Below, one piece after another: positions 1 through 15,492 of a stretch of 64,000 bases of DNA. Both the position numbers and the translations under genes were made by a program. This stretch comes from Eledone cirrhosa. Lineage: Eukaryota. The stretch spans positions 204,538,001 through 204,602,000 of the forward strand of contig OZ024743.1 in assembly GCA_964016885.1 (NCBI GenBank), written 5' to 3'. Within the stretch, counting starts at the first letter, position 1; every line of letters starts with the position of its first letter. The notes beneath the pieces are model-generated. The model saw nothing but the letters and a program-made list of their open reading frames with translations, had not been told where the DNA came from and did not search any database.

Positions 1-1850
1 TTCAGCTATGAGTGCGAGGTCATCAGCATACAGGAGTTCCCATGGGCATCCGGTCTTAAACTCCTCCGTTATTGCCTGCAGGACTATGATGAACAGGAGA
101 GGGCTAAGAACAGAGCCCTGGTGGACCCCAACCTGTACGCTAAATTCCTCGCTATACTCATTGCTAATCCTAACTTTGCTGACTGCTCCCCTATACATGG
201 CTTGTACCGCTTTCACAAGCCATTCATCTACTCCTAGTTTTCTAAGAGCCCACCAGATTACTGCACGTGGAACTCTGTCAAAGGCTTTCTCAAGGTCGAC
301 AAATGCCAAGTAGAGTGGCTTACTTTTAGCTAGGTACTTTTCCTGTAATTGCCTCACAAGGAAGAGCGCATCAGTGGTGCCTTTCCCTGGAACAAACCCA
401 AATTGCATCTCGTCTATATTCACCCGGTCCCTAATCAGCTGTGCTATAACTCTTTCTGTTACTTTCATGACCTGGTCCATCAACTTTATACCTCTATAGT
501 TTCCTCTATCTAGTGCATCGCCTTTAGCTTTGTAGCAGTTGACAATGATGCTACTGCACCAATCTTTTGGTATGGCCCCCTCTAGTATTACCTGGTTAAC
601 GATACGTGTGGTTATAGTGTGACCTACAGACCCAGATGCCTTCAGCATCTCGGCAGCTATACCCGATGGACCGGTTGCCTTCCCTATCTTCATATCTCTG
701 ATTGCCTTACTTACTACGCTGCCGCTGACTTGTACTGCTGGTCCCTCTATAGGGTCTACGTGGGGTAGGGTCTCTTCTTCCCATGCATTCTCCTCATTTA
801 GTAATCTATCATAATGACTCTTCCATGCATCTTTCTTCTCAGCACTTGTGAGGGCAAGCTCACCTTTATCATTCCGGATACACTTCTCTCCAATGACATC
901 ACAACTATCTCTGACACACTGCCTCGCAATCTTGAATACCTCCTGTTTCTGGTCCTCACGTTGTAAAACATGCTTGAATTTTCTATCCTCTGCTTCCCTC
1001 CTAGCTAAGTATACTTGTCGCCTAGCTTCCCTCTTGGTCTCTATGTAATGTACCCTGCTCCCCCCGTTCTTCCATTCTTTCCATGCCTGTCTCTTGGCCT
1101 TGACTGCTTCATCTACCTTATTGTTCCACCACCAAGTCACTCTCCTCCTGCTTGAGGTCTTACTCCAGCCACAAACCTCATCCGTCGCCTCTAGTAAGTT
1201 ATTTTTTAGGAACTCCCAGTTCTCTTCTACGTTAAATGTCTCTATCTGTTCTTCTTTACTGTCGTAGGCGTTGAGTAAAATATCTTTAAATCTGTTACTG
1301 GTTGAGGGGACTTTCAGCTTCCAGATCTTTCTTCTCCAGGTTGGCCTCTGTTTCAGGGCTCGTCTAGTTCTGACCGTGAGGTCGCTGACAACTAAGCTAT
1401 GTTGGGATGTACATTCCTCACTAGGGAAGGCTTTTGTGTTTACGACCGTCCATCTGTCACGTCCTCTGATGAGGATAAAATCTAACTGACTAGAGTGCTC
1501 CCCTGATCTATAGGTGATCAGGTGGTTGTCGGGTTTTTTAAAGTTTGTGTTACATATCGACATGTCATTGGCGTCGCAGAATTCTAGAAGTCTGAATCCT
1601 TCCTCATTCCTTGTGCCAACTCCATGGCCTCCATGTACTCTATTGAAGCCGTCGCAGTGTTTACCTACGTGTCCGTTAAAATCTCCTGCAATGATTAGGA
1701 AGTCCTTGACGTCTGTTAGAGCAGTAGTGTGTATTAGGGACTCGTAAAACCTATCCTTAAGTTCGTCTGGCAGCCCCGATTGGGGTGCGTAAGCTGATAT
1801 TATTGTGGTAATTGTCTTATTCAGGACTAGTCTGAGTTTAATGATTCTTG
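1..1850 (-). mobile_element. RTE-clade LINE (APE endonuclease end + RT), left-arm copy, runs off the window edge
   Basis: Reverse complement of 53617..55466, which encodes [33 protein letters not shown] and LLYADD. Confidence 0.93.
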
Positions 1851-1921
1851 ATATATGTATATATATATGTGTATATATATATATGTATATATATATATTA
1901 TATATGTATATATAAATATAT

Positions 1922-4310
<2,389 letters not shown>

Positions 4311-4329
4311 GGCGGCATAGCGCTTACCA

Positions 4330-6487
4330 GGCGGGCGGGCCCTGTCCGTGTCTGCGTTGCGAGTGTTGCTGTTCTTATCTAACTTCCTATTCTTTTGAGC
4401 TGGTTCTTTATTATCAGTGATTAGTTCTTTACTAATAGGAATTTTTTTTTGTATTTCACCACGGTTGACATAATGGGCTTGGAGAGTTGACTCCCTTGAA
4501 GTCTGACCACTCGATAAGTTAGGGGTTGTGCCCCTTGATCAGGGGTGTGTATAGCTGGTCTACCTGCTGTCTGCTACTACTCGAGACTGGACACGGTCGT
4601 AGCCACAGGCCAGCGCGTGCGCGACAGCATAGAATGTATATTTTCTGCTGGTCACCCCGTGTAATATGATACCCTAAGATTCCATGCTTGAGATTCACCG
4701 AAGCATGCGCAGTCGTAACCGGGAGATGACATGCGAACTTGAAAATACCACAAGCGAGACCCTCTGGATAACGTAGACGCAGGACCATACCCGCAAATAA
4801 ATACCCTGATCTGTCTTGAATATACAGGGCTGACGGAATATGGATAGCACGACCACCATCTAAGCTGAGAACGACCCATACAGCAAACAAAGAGAGGACA
4901 GCCCTTCGATTTTGACCAGTCGCGTGTGGACTTGGAGTTCGTAATATACCACCCCAGTCAAGTCCACACTGGTTTTTTAACGATATAGCATGTGGACCAA
5001 TACATCATGCGTGGCGAAACCTTGGACTTAGAACCAGCAGGCTCGTCTATCGCGAAAGCGTTCAACCCCTGAAACTAAAGGATCGAACGGACCACATCCG
5101 GCAACCACTGGCTATTAGATCCACAGGTACATCTCCCAGAGAGTCCACGCAGATAATAGTGAACCCCAGGTGATCTACGAACGTTTAAACAAGACCAGCT
5201 GCGCCTGGAGCTATGCAGATGACTGCTTACGCCTAGTGGATATCGTGCCTGGAGCTGTGCAGGGGACTGCATAGGCAGAATGGATATCGCGCCCACACGG
5301 TTACCAGTAATGTTCATCCTGTTATATTTTTGCAATAATTTTATGATAATTTTGTAATAATTTTGCGATAATTTTATGATAATTTGATAGTTTTGTAATG
5401 ATTTTGTGGTAATTTTGTGATGATTTGATAATTTTGTAATGATTTTGTGGTAATTTTGTAATGATTTTGTAATAATTTTTAATCCTGTATCAATAATTTT
5501 AGAATGTTTTTTTGTGATAATACAGGGTTAGATCACGGAAGCTACCTTGTACCTTCTTGAGGATACATTTTATGATTATTGTCTTTTTGCTTATGTATTT
5601 TCTTAGTTGCCACTTTCTTTAATCTTGCCCAACTTGATAAACTCCTTGAATTGCTCCCTAATTAAATTGCTTAAATTGCTTAGATTATTGTACCTATTAT
5701 GCCTAAGTTGTATCTGTTGAAGCAGCCCTTTGAAAATTCCTCGGATATCCCAAATACCATAATTTTTAACTTTTAATGTATAGTTTTCCTCAATTCGTTT
5801 TTATATTTATCCTCAAGGGCTCTCTAAAATTTTAATTCTTCGAAGGGTCTCTCGGAGGAAGTTCCTATTGGAAATAGTAAAGGGGCCTTTTCTGAGAGAT
5901 TTATGGAAGGCTCTCTGAATTAACCTCTAATTGATTAGTTTCTTTCAACCTAGTTTTCAATTCAGTTTTCTGAATTTTGTAAACGTGATCTCGGGAGAAG
6001 AAGGTTTTTTTCTTTGGGAAAACATTTTTTTCTCTAGAAGAAATTTCATAGGAACTCTATATATTCTTTAGGGAAACTTTATATTTTTATTTTCTTATTT
6101 TATTAGCCTCTTAATTTTCTTCTAGACTAATAGGTGTATTGGAGCCTGTAAGCTTTATGCACTCATTGAGGGATTTTCTGAGGTGCTTCTACGGGACCCC
6201 AAGTCTCTTGGTTTAATGTTGATGCGTGAATTATATATTTTTGTCTAATTTTTAAACTTCAATCCCTGACCCCGACAACTAATATAAAAGAGCCCCCCTT
6301 AAAGCGGAGTTGCTGATGTATACAACAATTTCAAACTGCTAGCCTTGAGTGATACGTTGATGTAAACAATGATCTTGCAATCACATGTTATATGCCTTGA
6401 TAAGTCCCACCATGGGGTCGGACGAAACGGCTGTCGGCAATAAACTTGTTATAATGTCATAATAGTTCCTTTGTTCTTTTTCACTAA
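4330..6487 (+). mobile_element. Non-coding PLE-associated element ending in an HHR and (TA)n, head-to-head with family E
   Basis: HHR at 6393 followed by AATAAA and (TA)n. Internal degenerate ATAATTTTGTG-like minisatellite at 5330-5480. No credible ORF; the 5' boundary is uncertain. Confidence 0.5.
6393..6439 (+). ncRNA. Hammerhead ribozyme, U3-A8 core variant
   Basis: ugcc UUGAUAA gucc-caccaugggguc-ggac GAAA cggcug UC ggca. All three helices pair and the cleavage triplet is GUC. Confidence 0.8.
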
Positions 6488-6489
6488 TA

Positions 6490-6541
<52 letters not shown>

Positions 6542-6785
6542 CATATATTTTGGTAAACGGAATAGAAAATGCTGACAAATTGTTCACAGTTGAAAAATGG
6601 TTTAATTAGGAATAAAAGAGTATTAGTGATTGTATGGGTTAGTATTCAGTTGTGGTTTTAAGTTTTTAAGTTTTTACCGGTTGCGCATTTCTAAATGCTT
6701 TTCAAAAATAATTTTGAGATAGAGTGTCCGTGTTGTTTGCTCTGATCTGATTAGTTTTGGGAATTCCACCTGTTTTTAATTCTGG

Positions 6786-8108
6786 ATGGATAATTTCCAC
6801 AATGAACTACCACAACGCATCAAAAAAGAATTCGTGATAGAGGGACTCAAATTTATCTTGGAGAACAATTACTTCGTTTTCAATAACAAACCCTACAGGC
6901 AGAAATCTGGGACCGCTATGGGAACGAAAACAGCCCCCACTTATGCCAACCTAGTCATGGGATACCTGGAAATCACCCTCTACATTAAAGTCCTAAACAA
7001 ATTTGGAAACACCCTCCACTTACACATTGAAAGGAACTGGAAGCGATATCTAGATGACTGCTTCATCCTTTGGCACGAAAACATCGAACAACTTAAAGAA
7101 TTTCACACCCTTATAAATGGGCTCAACACGAATATTAACTTCACGATGGAATACAGCCATCAACAACTCCCCTTCCTCGACATCCTCATTAAGATCCATA
7201 ACAAAAAAATAGAAACAGACATATACTACAAGCCCACAGACTCCAAGCAATATCTCCCCTTCAACTCTTGGCACCCTAGACACGTTAAAATTAATATTCC
7301 CTACAACTTAGCCAAGAGCATCTGTACTATACTCTCCAATAAAAACATCTGCTACTTACGGCTACAAGAACTAAAGGACACACTCATAGGCAGGGACTAC
7401 CCTGCATCACTAATTGACAATGGAATCCAACGTGCCCTAAAACTCAGTACCCAGGACCTTAGACACCCTAAAGTAAATCAACCGAAACTAAAAGCTCTTC
7501 CATACATCTCCACACACAACCCCCTCAACAATGAGGCCTTTGACACCATCCTCCAGAACATCCCTGTGTTGAAAAAGGACCATAGAATGAACCAAATTCT
7601 ACGAACACACGATATCATAAAGAGCAAAAGACAATCCAAGTCAATGAAAAACATCCTAACACATGCCAAAGTACTGCCAACCACAACAACGAAACCCACA
7701 GTAAAAAAATGCGATAGACCCAACTGTGGTATTTGCATCAACCTAATAGAGGGTTCGGAATTCTATTTCAAAGATGGACAACTTTTTATAATAAAACACA
7801 ATTTCACATGTGCATCGGAAAATCTAATATATGTATTAACTTGCTCAGGTTGTCGAGAACAATACATAGGCCAGACCAAAAACAGCCTCCGCCAACGCAT
7901 GACTGTCCATAGATCCCAAATTAAAATACGGGAATACAGGAAAATACCACTGAGTGAACACATTGATACCTGTGCCGCCCAAAATCATCCCAACTTCAGA
8001 ATCTTTTCCCTCTACAAATTTAAAGATAATGCCACCCACACCCAGCGCATCAGCAAGGAATCTTACTTCATTAACAAATACGGACCCCGTCTAAACACTT
8101 CTCCCTAA
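6786..8108 (+). CDS. PLE RT (C-terminal half) + GIY-YIG endonuclease, 440 aa, 5'-truncated but open
   Basis: Motifs QKSGTAMGT, RYLDD, LPFLD, YYKPTD, CDRPNCGIC linker and NLIYVLTCSGCREQYIGQT...RMTVH. Confidence 0.92.
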   Translation: MDNFHNELPQRIKKEFVIEGLKFILENNYFVFNNKPYRQKSGTAMGTKTAPTYANLVMGYLEITLYIKVLNKFGNTLHLHIERNWKRYLDDCFILWHENIEQLKEFHTLINGLNTNINFTMEYSHQQLPFLDILIKIHNKKIETDIYYKPTDSKQYLPFNSWHPRHVKINIPYNLAKSICTILSNKNICYLRLQELKDTLIGRDYPASLIDNGIQRALKLSTQDLRHPKVNQPKLKALPYISTHNPLNNEAFDTILQNIPVLKKDHRMNQILRTHDIIKSKRQSKSMKNILTHAKVLPTTTTKPTVKKCDRPNCGICINLIEGSEFYFKDGQLFIIKHNFTCASENLIYVLTCSGCREQYIGQTKNSLRQRMTVHRSQIKIREYRKIPLSEHIDTCAAQNHPNFRIFSLYKFKDNATHTQRISKESYFINKYGPRLNTSP

Positions 8109-8244
8109 GACGCACCCACAACATACACACGTCAACATACATACCTACATCAGCACACATCTCTACCCACATAAACACAATGACACACGTAAACACACAT
8201 GCTCTATGGTGCAATACAAAAAGATATATGTGCATATATATGTA

Positions 8245-8277
<33 letters not shown>

Positions 8278-8576
8278 GTAGTGAATATATGTGTGTGTGT
8301 GTGTGTGTATATATATAGTGAATATCATTTCACACCTTTTATTGTTAAGATTTTTGATGTTCTATTAAGAGAACCGATTTTACTGAAAAAATCGAATAAT
8401 GTACACGATTTTACCAGGGGGAAAAATACTGGTCCCCCCCCCCCCACACATATATACACAAACACACGCGTACATCAACATACAAAGAGACTTATACACA
8501 CACACACACACACACGCACTTCTCCGTATAAGACAAAAGCTGAAAAATATCCTTTGACCTTCGAATGACTCTGCTG

Positions 8577-8683
<107 letters not shown>

Positions 8684-8743
8684 ATCTTAATAGCCATTTG
8701 ACACACATCGCTGCTGGCTATTGTCGCAGCATCGAATACCTTA

Positions 8744-8789
<46 letters not shown>

Positions 8790-8998
8790 TTGTTGTGAAA
8801 GAGTCATTTCTCAATCTTGGCGCAAAACCAATTTTTTATCCACATGACCTCTACCGACCAATCAAAATTGTTTTGACCACAAGCATTTTTGCAACACAAA
8901 AATAACGCTGGAGCCAATTTTTTTAACATAAAAACAGGTAGAATTCCCAAAACTAATCAGATCAGAGCAAACAGCACGGACACTCTATCTCAAAATTA

Positions 8999-9035
8999 TT
9001 TTTGAAAAGCATTTAGAAATGCGCAACCGGTAAAA
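8999..9035 (+). ncRNA. Putative atypical HHR (U3-A8, GCAA instead of GAAA) in the family C pLTR
   Basis: uuu UUGAAAA gcauuu-ag-aaaugc GCAA ccgg UA aaa. Helix III is palindromic but helix I is weak. The same sequence is in the inverted copy at ~6672-6708. Confidence 0.45.
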
Positions 9036-9274
9036 ACTTAAAAACTTAAAACCACAACCGAATACTAACCCATACAATCACTAATACTCTTTTATTCCTA
9101 ATTAAACCATTTTTCAACTGTGAACAATTTGTCAGCATTTTCTATTCCGTTTACCAATATATAATAACTTGTGTGTTACACCTCTATTCTTTTAACTATA
9201 TATATATATATATATATACATATATGTATATATATATATATACATATATGTATATATATATATACATATATATA

Positions 9275-9365
<91 letters not shown>

Positions 9366-9390
9366 GTATATATATATATATGTATATATG

Positions 9391-9439
<49 letters not shown>

Positions 9440-9779
9440 GTATATATATATGTATATATATATATGTGTGTGTGTAGATAAATCTACCAATATATACGGT
9501 AATGTCTAAACCGTATGAAGAACTCAATGTAATCCAAATATCATGAAAAGAAAAGATGTATTCAAAATTCTTTCGATGAAAATCACAGGAAAACAGAGTC
9601 AAGATAAATTAATAAAAACAATGAATAAAAACAAAGAAACAGTTCCTTATATTAAAAAATTCATAATTTTACGATCGTTTCTAGAATATATATTTGTGTG
9701 TTGGTATGTATATCATATAGATCTATGTAAAAAATTTACAATCCTGTTCATGAACATTATAAACAAACATACACCTCAG

Positions 9780-9950
9780 CAATACTCCCACAATTTCCTT
9801 ACATCTCTTTGCCAGACAAGTATCATAGACTTTACCAGGGAGGATAAACAAGGAGATTCCTCTATAATTAGAGCACTCTCTATTGTCTCCTTTGAAAATT
9901 TGAATTATCGCTCCCAATTCCCATTGCTTTCCCTAGATCCTGGCTACCTG
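9780..9950 (-). pseudogene. Short RTE-type RT fragment
   Basis: IIQIFKGDNRECSNYRGISLFILPGKVY matches the KG..C.NYRGISL motif. Confidence 0.75.
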
Positions 9951-9951
9951 G

Positions 9952-10700
9952 CACTAATATGAGTGATTAATAAATATATTTTTCAAAATGAAATTATCGA
10001 TGCAGGTAGGATTTTTTGATTGCCTTATTGATCTAGAAAATTTGCTTCTTCATAAGTATAATGACATGAAAAAATACAAGTTTTTAGAAATTAAATTATA
10101 ATTAATTTAATTATGACAAATATGTTTACCCGGTTCTTACCACAAACAAATTATTTTCCTGAAACATGACAATAATCTATGTTGTACATATAAATTGGAA
10201 ACAGTCACCCTCCACATTAAGTGCTTTGAAAAAACTGCTTCATTAGTCCTAGTTTAATATGAAGGAGAGGGAAGATGATTTTCTCTTGCCCACCGAGTTG
10301 TTGGTGTATGATAGATATTCTTCTCTCCAGCAGTCAAACTTTATTTCTAACTGACCAGTGCTTCTGTTCCCAAAGTTTATCTTTCACTCAGCTATCCCAT
10401 AAACACTGGAAACACGGATATTTTGTATACCCTCCTTGTTGAGCAACTAAATAGTTGACCAGTTTCAGATTCACACACGTCTTATTTGAGTAAATCTAAT
10501 ACAGTTTTTATGTTTTCATGCTTCTCTTTTAAGTGCACAGAGCAACCAATAGGAATTACACCTAACAGTTTTCCATTATGGAATAATACACATTTTAGAC
10601 TCTTATTTTAACTATCTATAAAGAGTCTCCAATCATGAGGATCATACTGTAGAGCACACATTGCTTGTAACAGTCCCATCACATTACAGCGTGATAGAAA
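9952..10700 (-). pseudogene. Decayed DNA-transposon transposase (Chapaev3/CMC-like; family assignment from memory)
   Basis: Manual translation gives YDPHDWRLFIDS*NKSLKCVLFHNG...SVHLKE and ...KIIFPLLHIKLGLMKQF, with stops and deletions. Confidence 0.7.
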
Positions 10701-10859
10701 AAAGTATTGTTATTTTTAAACTTAAGGGCCCCAAATTACTCAAGAACGGGTCAAACTTAGGTCAGCAGAAAAAAAGCAAAATTTTGTTGGTCAGTGTTAT
10801 TTAGCAAGTGTGAAAACCTACCAACACTTCTTTTTCTAGAAAAAAGATATAGTAAATGT

Positions 10860-11540
10860 ATAGAAGCCACCCCACTCGCTTTCAGTGAGGAAAACATTTC
10901 TCGGTTTTTTCATGTGCTATCAACTAATCTAACCTCCAAGATTCTGGCAATCGACATTTCGAAGAATGGAAGGAGTTGGGTATCACCCACACCACGGAGT
11001 TTTCCTTACGACTTTTTTTTTTTTTTTTTGTTATCAACGAGTAGGACATCCAAACCAATCGGAAACGAGATATGTAGAAAACGTAAGGTGAAAGGGTGCG
11101 AAAAGACCATGCAGTTGCGCAGATCTACGCACCTATCACGTTTGGTGGAAAATAATTTTCTTTATTTTATTTTGTTTTTTCTAGACCTCTTCGATGCTTA
11201 GAATCGGCTTTTTTTCCCCAGATAACAGAAACCATAAACCTAACTCTAAACGTAACTCTAACCATAAAACGATGTATATATCTGCGAAACTCCGATGGTC
11301 TTTTCACTCCCCCTTTTTCTACATATCTAGTCGTTTCCAACTGGTTTGGGGATCATGTGTGTTGATAACACGCGACAAAAAAAATCCGTAAAGAAAACTG
11401 CTAGGGAAAGTATCCCACCCTCTCCTTCTCCAAGAAAAAAAAGTTGATTGCCAGAATCTTGGAGGTTAGATTAGTTGATAACACACGAAAAAAAAAGCGA
11501 GAAAACATTTTTTTCCACTAAAATCGAGTGGGATGTTCTA
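10860..11540. mobile_element. Diverged palindromic MITE/foldback element
   Basis: tatcaactaatctaacctccaagattctggcaatc (~10918) is inverted at ~11445-11480. The inner blocks gatatgtagaaaa and gaaaagaccat are also mirrored. Confidence 0.7.
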
Positions 11541-11646
11541 TAATAATACCAAAAATATACTAACGTCTAAGATATTTGGTCACGTAAAAACTGCATCCTT
11601 TAACACTTTAAAAGTTTTTGTGATTATATATATATATATGTATATA

Positions 11647-14299
11647 ATGAAAAATTTGAACAGGGACAGAACAGAGAGGCAGTACAATAAATGTTTATTA
11701 AATTCACGCTCAGGAGAGTGGGGGGTAGGTGGGGGACGACGTTTCGGGCATAAGCCCTTCCTCAGGTGAGAAGTGTGTGGGAACAGAGTTCAAAAGGTGT
11801 GTAGGGGAGTGGTGGAGAGACATATAGCGAAAGGAAACGGTGCGAATGAAAAATTAACAAATAAAGATAAAAAATATAAAAAATAAAAATAAAGCATGAT
11901 CAAAATACAAGGAATGAGAAAATTTAAAAATAAAGGCATGATCAAAATAAACTGAAATTAAAAGGGGGGTAAACAGGTGGTGGAAGGGTGTGGGTGAGTA
12001 GGGGTGGTGGCGGGTGGAGTGGGGTGAGGGAGACGGGGTGTCCGAGCGGGGAGGGCTGAAGGTGGTGTGTGTGTGTAGTTGTGCGTGTGTGTGTGTGTGT
12101 GTGTGTGTATGTGAAAGTGAGGGTTGGGGGAAGAACGGGGTTGCATGTTCATGAAGAGGTGTGTGTGGGGGGGTGTTTTTGTGGGTCGGAGTGTCTGTGC
12201 GTGTGTGGATAGGGGGGTGCGGGGGAGAGGAATCAGGAGACTGAGGGTGTAAATATGTGGTGGGAAGCACGTGTGTGTGGGGTTTAAGCGTGTTGTGGGT
12301 GTGGGTGGCGTGTGGAGAAAACATTTTTTGGGGGGTGTGTGTGTGGGTGAATTATATAGGTGATGACGTAAGAGGATGGTTGAAAAGTTGGTAAGTTCCA
12401 AGGATGTTTGGAGATTTGGTTATAAGTCAATTTCTGCGTGTGGGTAATCCATGAAGCGGTGGTCGGAAGAGGAGAGATGTGGGGTGCGCGCGCAACAGGA
12501 AGAGGTCAGCAGTGGGATTGCTGTGGTCTGTTGGTGCTGGGAGGTGGTCAGAAGGGCATAGCAGCAGTCGGTGGAATGGTAGGGGGGCGAAGATGGGTAG
12601 GTGTGAGAGTTGGAGTGAGGAGGGTGTTTGTGTGTGTGTCTGTGTATTAGTAGGGGTGTTAGTGGGATGAGTGAGTGTGGAGCGGGGGGGGGTGGAGCGG
12701 GGAGAGAAGGGTGTGTGTGGTTCTATGGAGGGAGTGTGGTGTACTGGTGTGTGTGTAGTTTGGTGAAGAGGTGTTAGTGGGTGTTAGTATACGGGAGGTG
12801 GGGAGGGGTGGAATGCAGGTGTGAGTGGGGTTTAGTGGTGGTAGGGTGTGTAGAGTTGGTGGTGTACGAGGGTGTGTGGGTACGTGTGCGTGGGGTTGGG
12901 GGTGTTAGTGATGTTAGTTGCGTGTGGGGTGGGTGGTGTAAGTGGGTGCGTGTGTGCGTGTGATAAGGAGGGGGGAGGAGGAGAAGAGGGGAGGGAAGGG
13001 ATGTTAGTATGTTAGTTGGGGAAGGGTGGTCAGATGAGGGGTGGAGTGGAGGTGTTAGTATTGTTAGTGTGGGGTGGGCGGTGAAAAGGAGGGGTGTGTT
13101 AGTGGTGTTAGTGGGGGATAAGTGTGGGGGGAGGGGGGCGCTCGAACGCTAAAGGAATAAGGGTGGGGAGTTCAGGCCGGGGGGAGTGTGGGTCTGTAAG
13201 ATGAAGATAGTTCGTTGTTCGACCGTAAGGCGATGGGCGGGTGTTCCGTGGCACTGGAGTAGGCCACAGACTGTGAGATGGCGTGCGGAGTGTCCAGGGC
13301 CACCAAAGTGGCGGGCGATTGGGGAACTGCCCCCGAGACGAATATCCCGGAGGTGCTCCGTGACTCGGTCCGCCAGGCGACGTCCCGTCTGTCCGACTAG
13401 GTTGGAGGAGGTGCAGCGGAAGGCATGCCGGACCGAGAGAGAGTGGCCGTTGGGACCCTGGAAGGTGGTGGTGTTGGTGATGTGGGGACAGGTGTTGCAG
13501 CGGGGCCTAGAACAGGGGAAGGAACCGGGGGGGAACAGAGCGTGGGTTGGGGGGTAGGGAGCTGTGGACGAGGAGGGTGCGGAGATTGCGTGCGCGTTTG
13601 AAGGAGGGGAGTGGTGGGGTTGGGAAGATGTGGGAGGTGGAGGGGTCGGACTGGAGGCGTCGGAAGAGGCGGTGGAGGGGTAAGGTGGAGGGGTGGTAGG
13701 TGATGGGGAAGGACAGACGGTGGGTGGGTGTGCGGTGGCGTGGGGTGAGGGTGGTGGAGCGGGGGATAGCACGGGCGCGGGTGAGAGCGGTGTAGACGAG
13801 AGGGGGGGGGGGGGAACCTCTGCGGATGAAATGGCTGACTAGGGAAAGGGCCTGGGACTCGAAGTCAGCATCACGGCTACAGAGGCGGCGGATCCTGAGA
13901 AGTTGGGAGTAGGGAATGGAGAGTTTAGTGTGGGTGGGGTGGGAAGAGGTGAAGTCGAGGTAAGAGTGGGAGTCGGTGGGTTTGAAGAAGGCGGAGGTGA
14001 CGAGGGAGTGGTGGGAGGGGTCGAAGGCGACGGAGATGTCTAAGAAGTGGACGTGGGTGGTGGAGATAGAGGTGGTGAAGTGGAGGGAGGGGTGGAAGGA
14101 GCAGAAGAAGGAGAGAAAGGAGTCGAGCTGTTCTCGGGTGAGGGTCGTGGCTCCGATACAGTCGTCAATGTAACGACCGTACAGTTCGGGCGTGGGGCCG
14201 GTGTACTGGGCAAAGATTTGGGCCTCAACATGGCCAACAAAAAGGTTGGCATAGTTCGGGCCCATTCTTGTGCCCATGGCTACCCATCGCACGCTGGTA
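11647..14299 (-). mobile_element. 5'-truncated, frameshifted PLE (family D, Naiad/Chlamys-like, very C-rich)
   Basis: ORFs 13507..14292- (VAMGTRMGPNYANLF, RYIDD, HFLD, KPTDSHSYL) and 13149..13772- (CSRPRCNTC, GQTGRRLADRVTEH, PPGLN). The 3' UTR carries an HHR and AATAAA and ends at (TA)n. Confidence 0.9.
11736..11767 (-). ncRNA. Minimal hammerhead ribozyme (family D)
   Basis: ac CUGAGGA a gggc-uuau-gccc GAAA cg UC gu. Confidence 0.75.
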
Positions 14300-14425
14300 T
14301 CATTTCTTGTTTTGTTTCTCTCCCCCTATCTCCCTCACTCTCTTTCTTCCGTTCTCTTACCCTCTCATCGCTTCCCCCTCTTTCGTTCCCTCTCTATCAT
14401 CCCTTTTTCTTTTTCTCTCTCTCTT

Positions 14426-14466
<41 letters not shown>

Positions 14467-14619
14467 CCTCGCCTCTTTCTTTTTCTCTCTCTCTCATCCC
14501 CTCTCGCTCTTTCTTAACCCCCAACCCTTCTCTCTCTCTCTCTCTCTCTCCAGAATGGAGAACAAAAACAAAATGGATATCTTTCGATTCGGACGCTGGT
14601 TTGCACACACGCACACAAA

Positions 14620-14984
14620 AGATTTGAACTTCCATAATCCTTTTGAGAAATGTGGACCCGCTACATCTATGCAAGGGCACAGACTTTACAGCCAGGAGGA
14701 TGAGGAACCACCTCCTAGAGGTCACTATTCTTGGAAGCAAACATCAAAGAGAAAATTCATTTATTCCCAAGATTCCTCATATCCATTCATCTACCGAGCT
14801 GCCATTCAAATTCTCAAGACTTCAGTTCACTGTTTAAAGCCAGTTTTGCTATGACGGTACATAAAGCTCAGACTCAGAGTTTCAAAGTTGTAGAATTGAA
14901 TAAAAGAGAATCGCTTTTTACGCATAGACAGTTGTATGTAGGTTGTTCACGAGTTACCCGGGCGTAGCAGGCTACGTCGGCTAG
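14620..14984 (+). mobile_element. Helitron 3' remnant (PIF1-like helicase C-terminus, terminal hairpin and CTAG)
   Basis: LLRNVDPLHLCKGT, FIPKIP...ELPFKFSRLQF, FAMTVHKAQ...FTHRQLYVGCSRV. Ends ggcgtagc-ag-gctacgtc-gg-CTAG followed by T. Confidence 0.85.
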
Positions 14985-15415
14985 TCATAAAATAAATGAA
15001 AAGAAATGTCACCTTACCGACAAATATGTTGAGCAGTAGAAATCTCTTCATTTTTATCGTCTTCGTTTTTCAAGAGTTGTAGCTAACAGAAACTTACCGC
15101 GGGTGTTGCATGTAGGTACTAATTATTAAAGTATGCAACCGGATATTTTAAAAATTGCTATATGTTTTTTTAAAATCTGATTGGCTAACATTGATTTATA
15201 GCAGCCTCTTTCCTCAAATGAAATAAGCCCACCCAGATTTTCGCAAGTGCAGATTTCACGACTTGCTTCCTTGTGGTTTTAACCTGTTTGTAAAGCGGCT
15301 TGATAGTACGAATTTCTATGTATATGTATGTGAGTGAGTGTGTGTGCATGGGCGTGTTCGTTATATGAGTTATATACAAACGTTATGTAAGTTACCTACA
15401 CATCTTCACCAATTA

Positions 15416-15470
<55 letters not shown>

Positions 15471-15492
15471 TTATATATATATATATATATAC

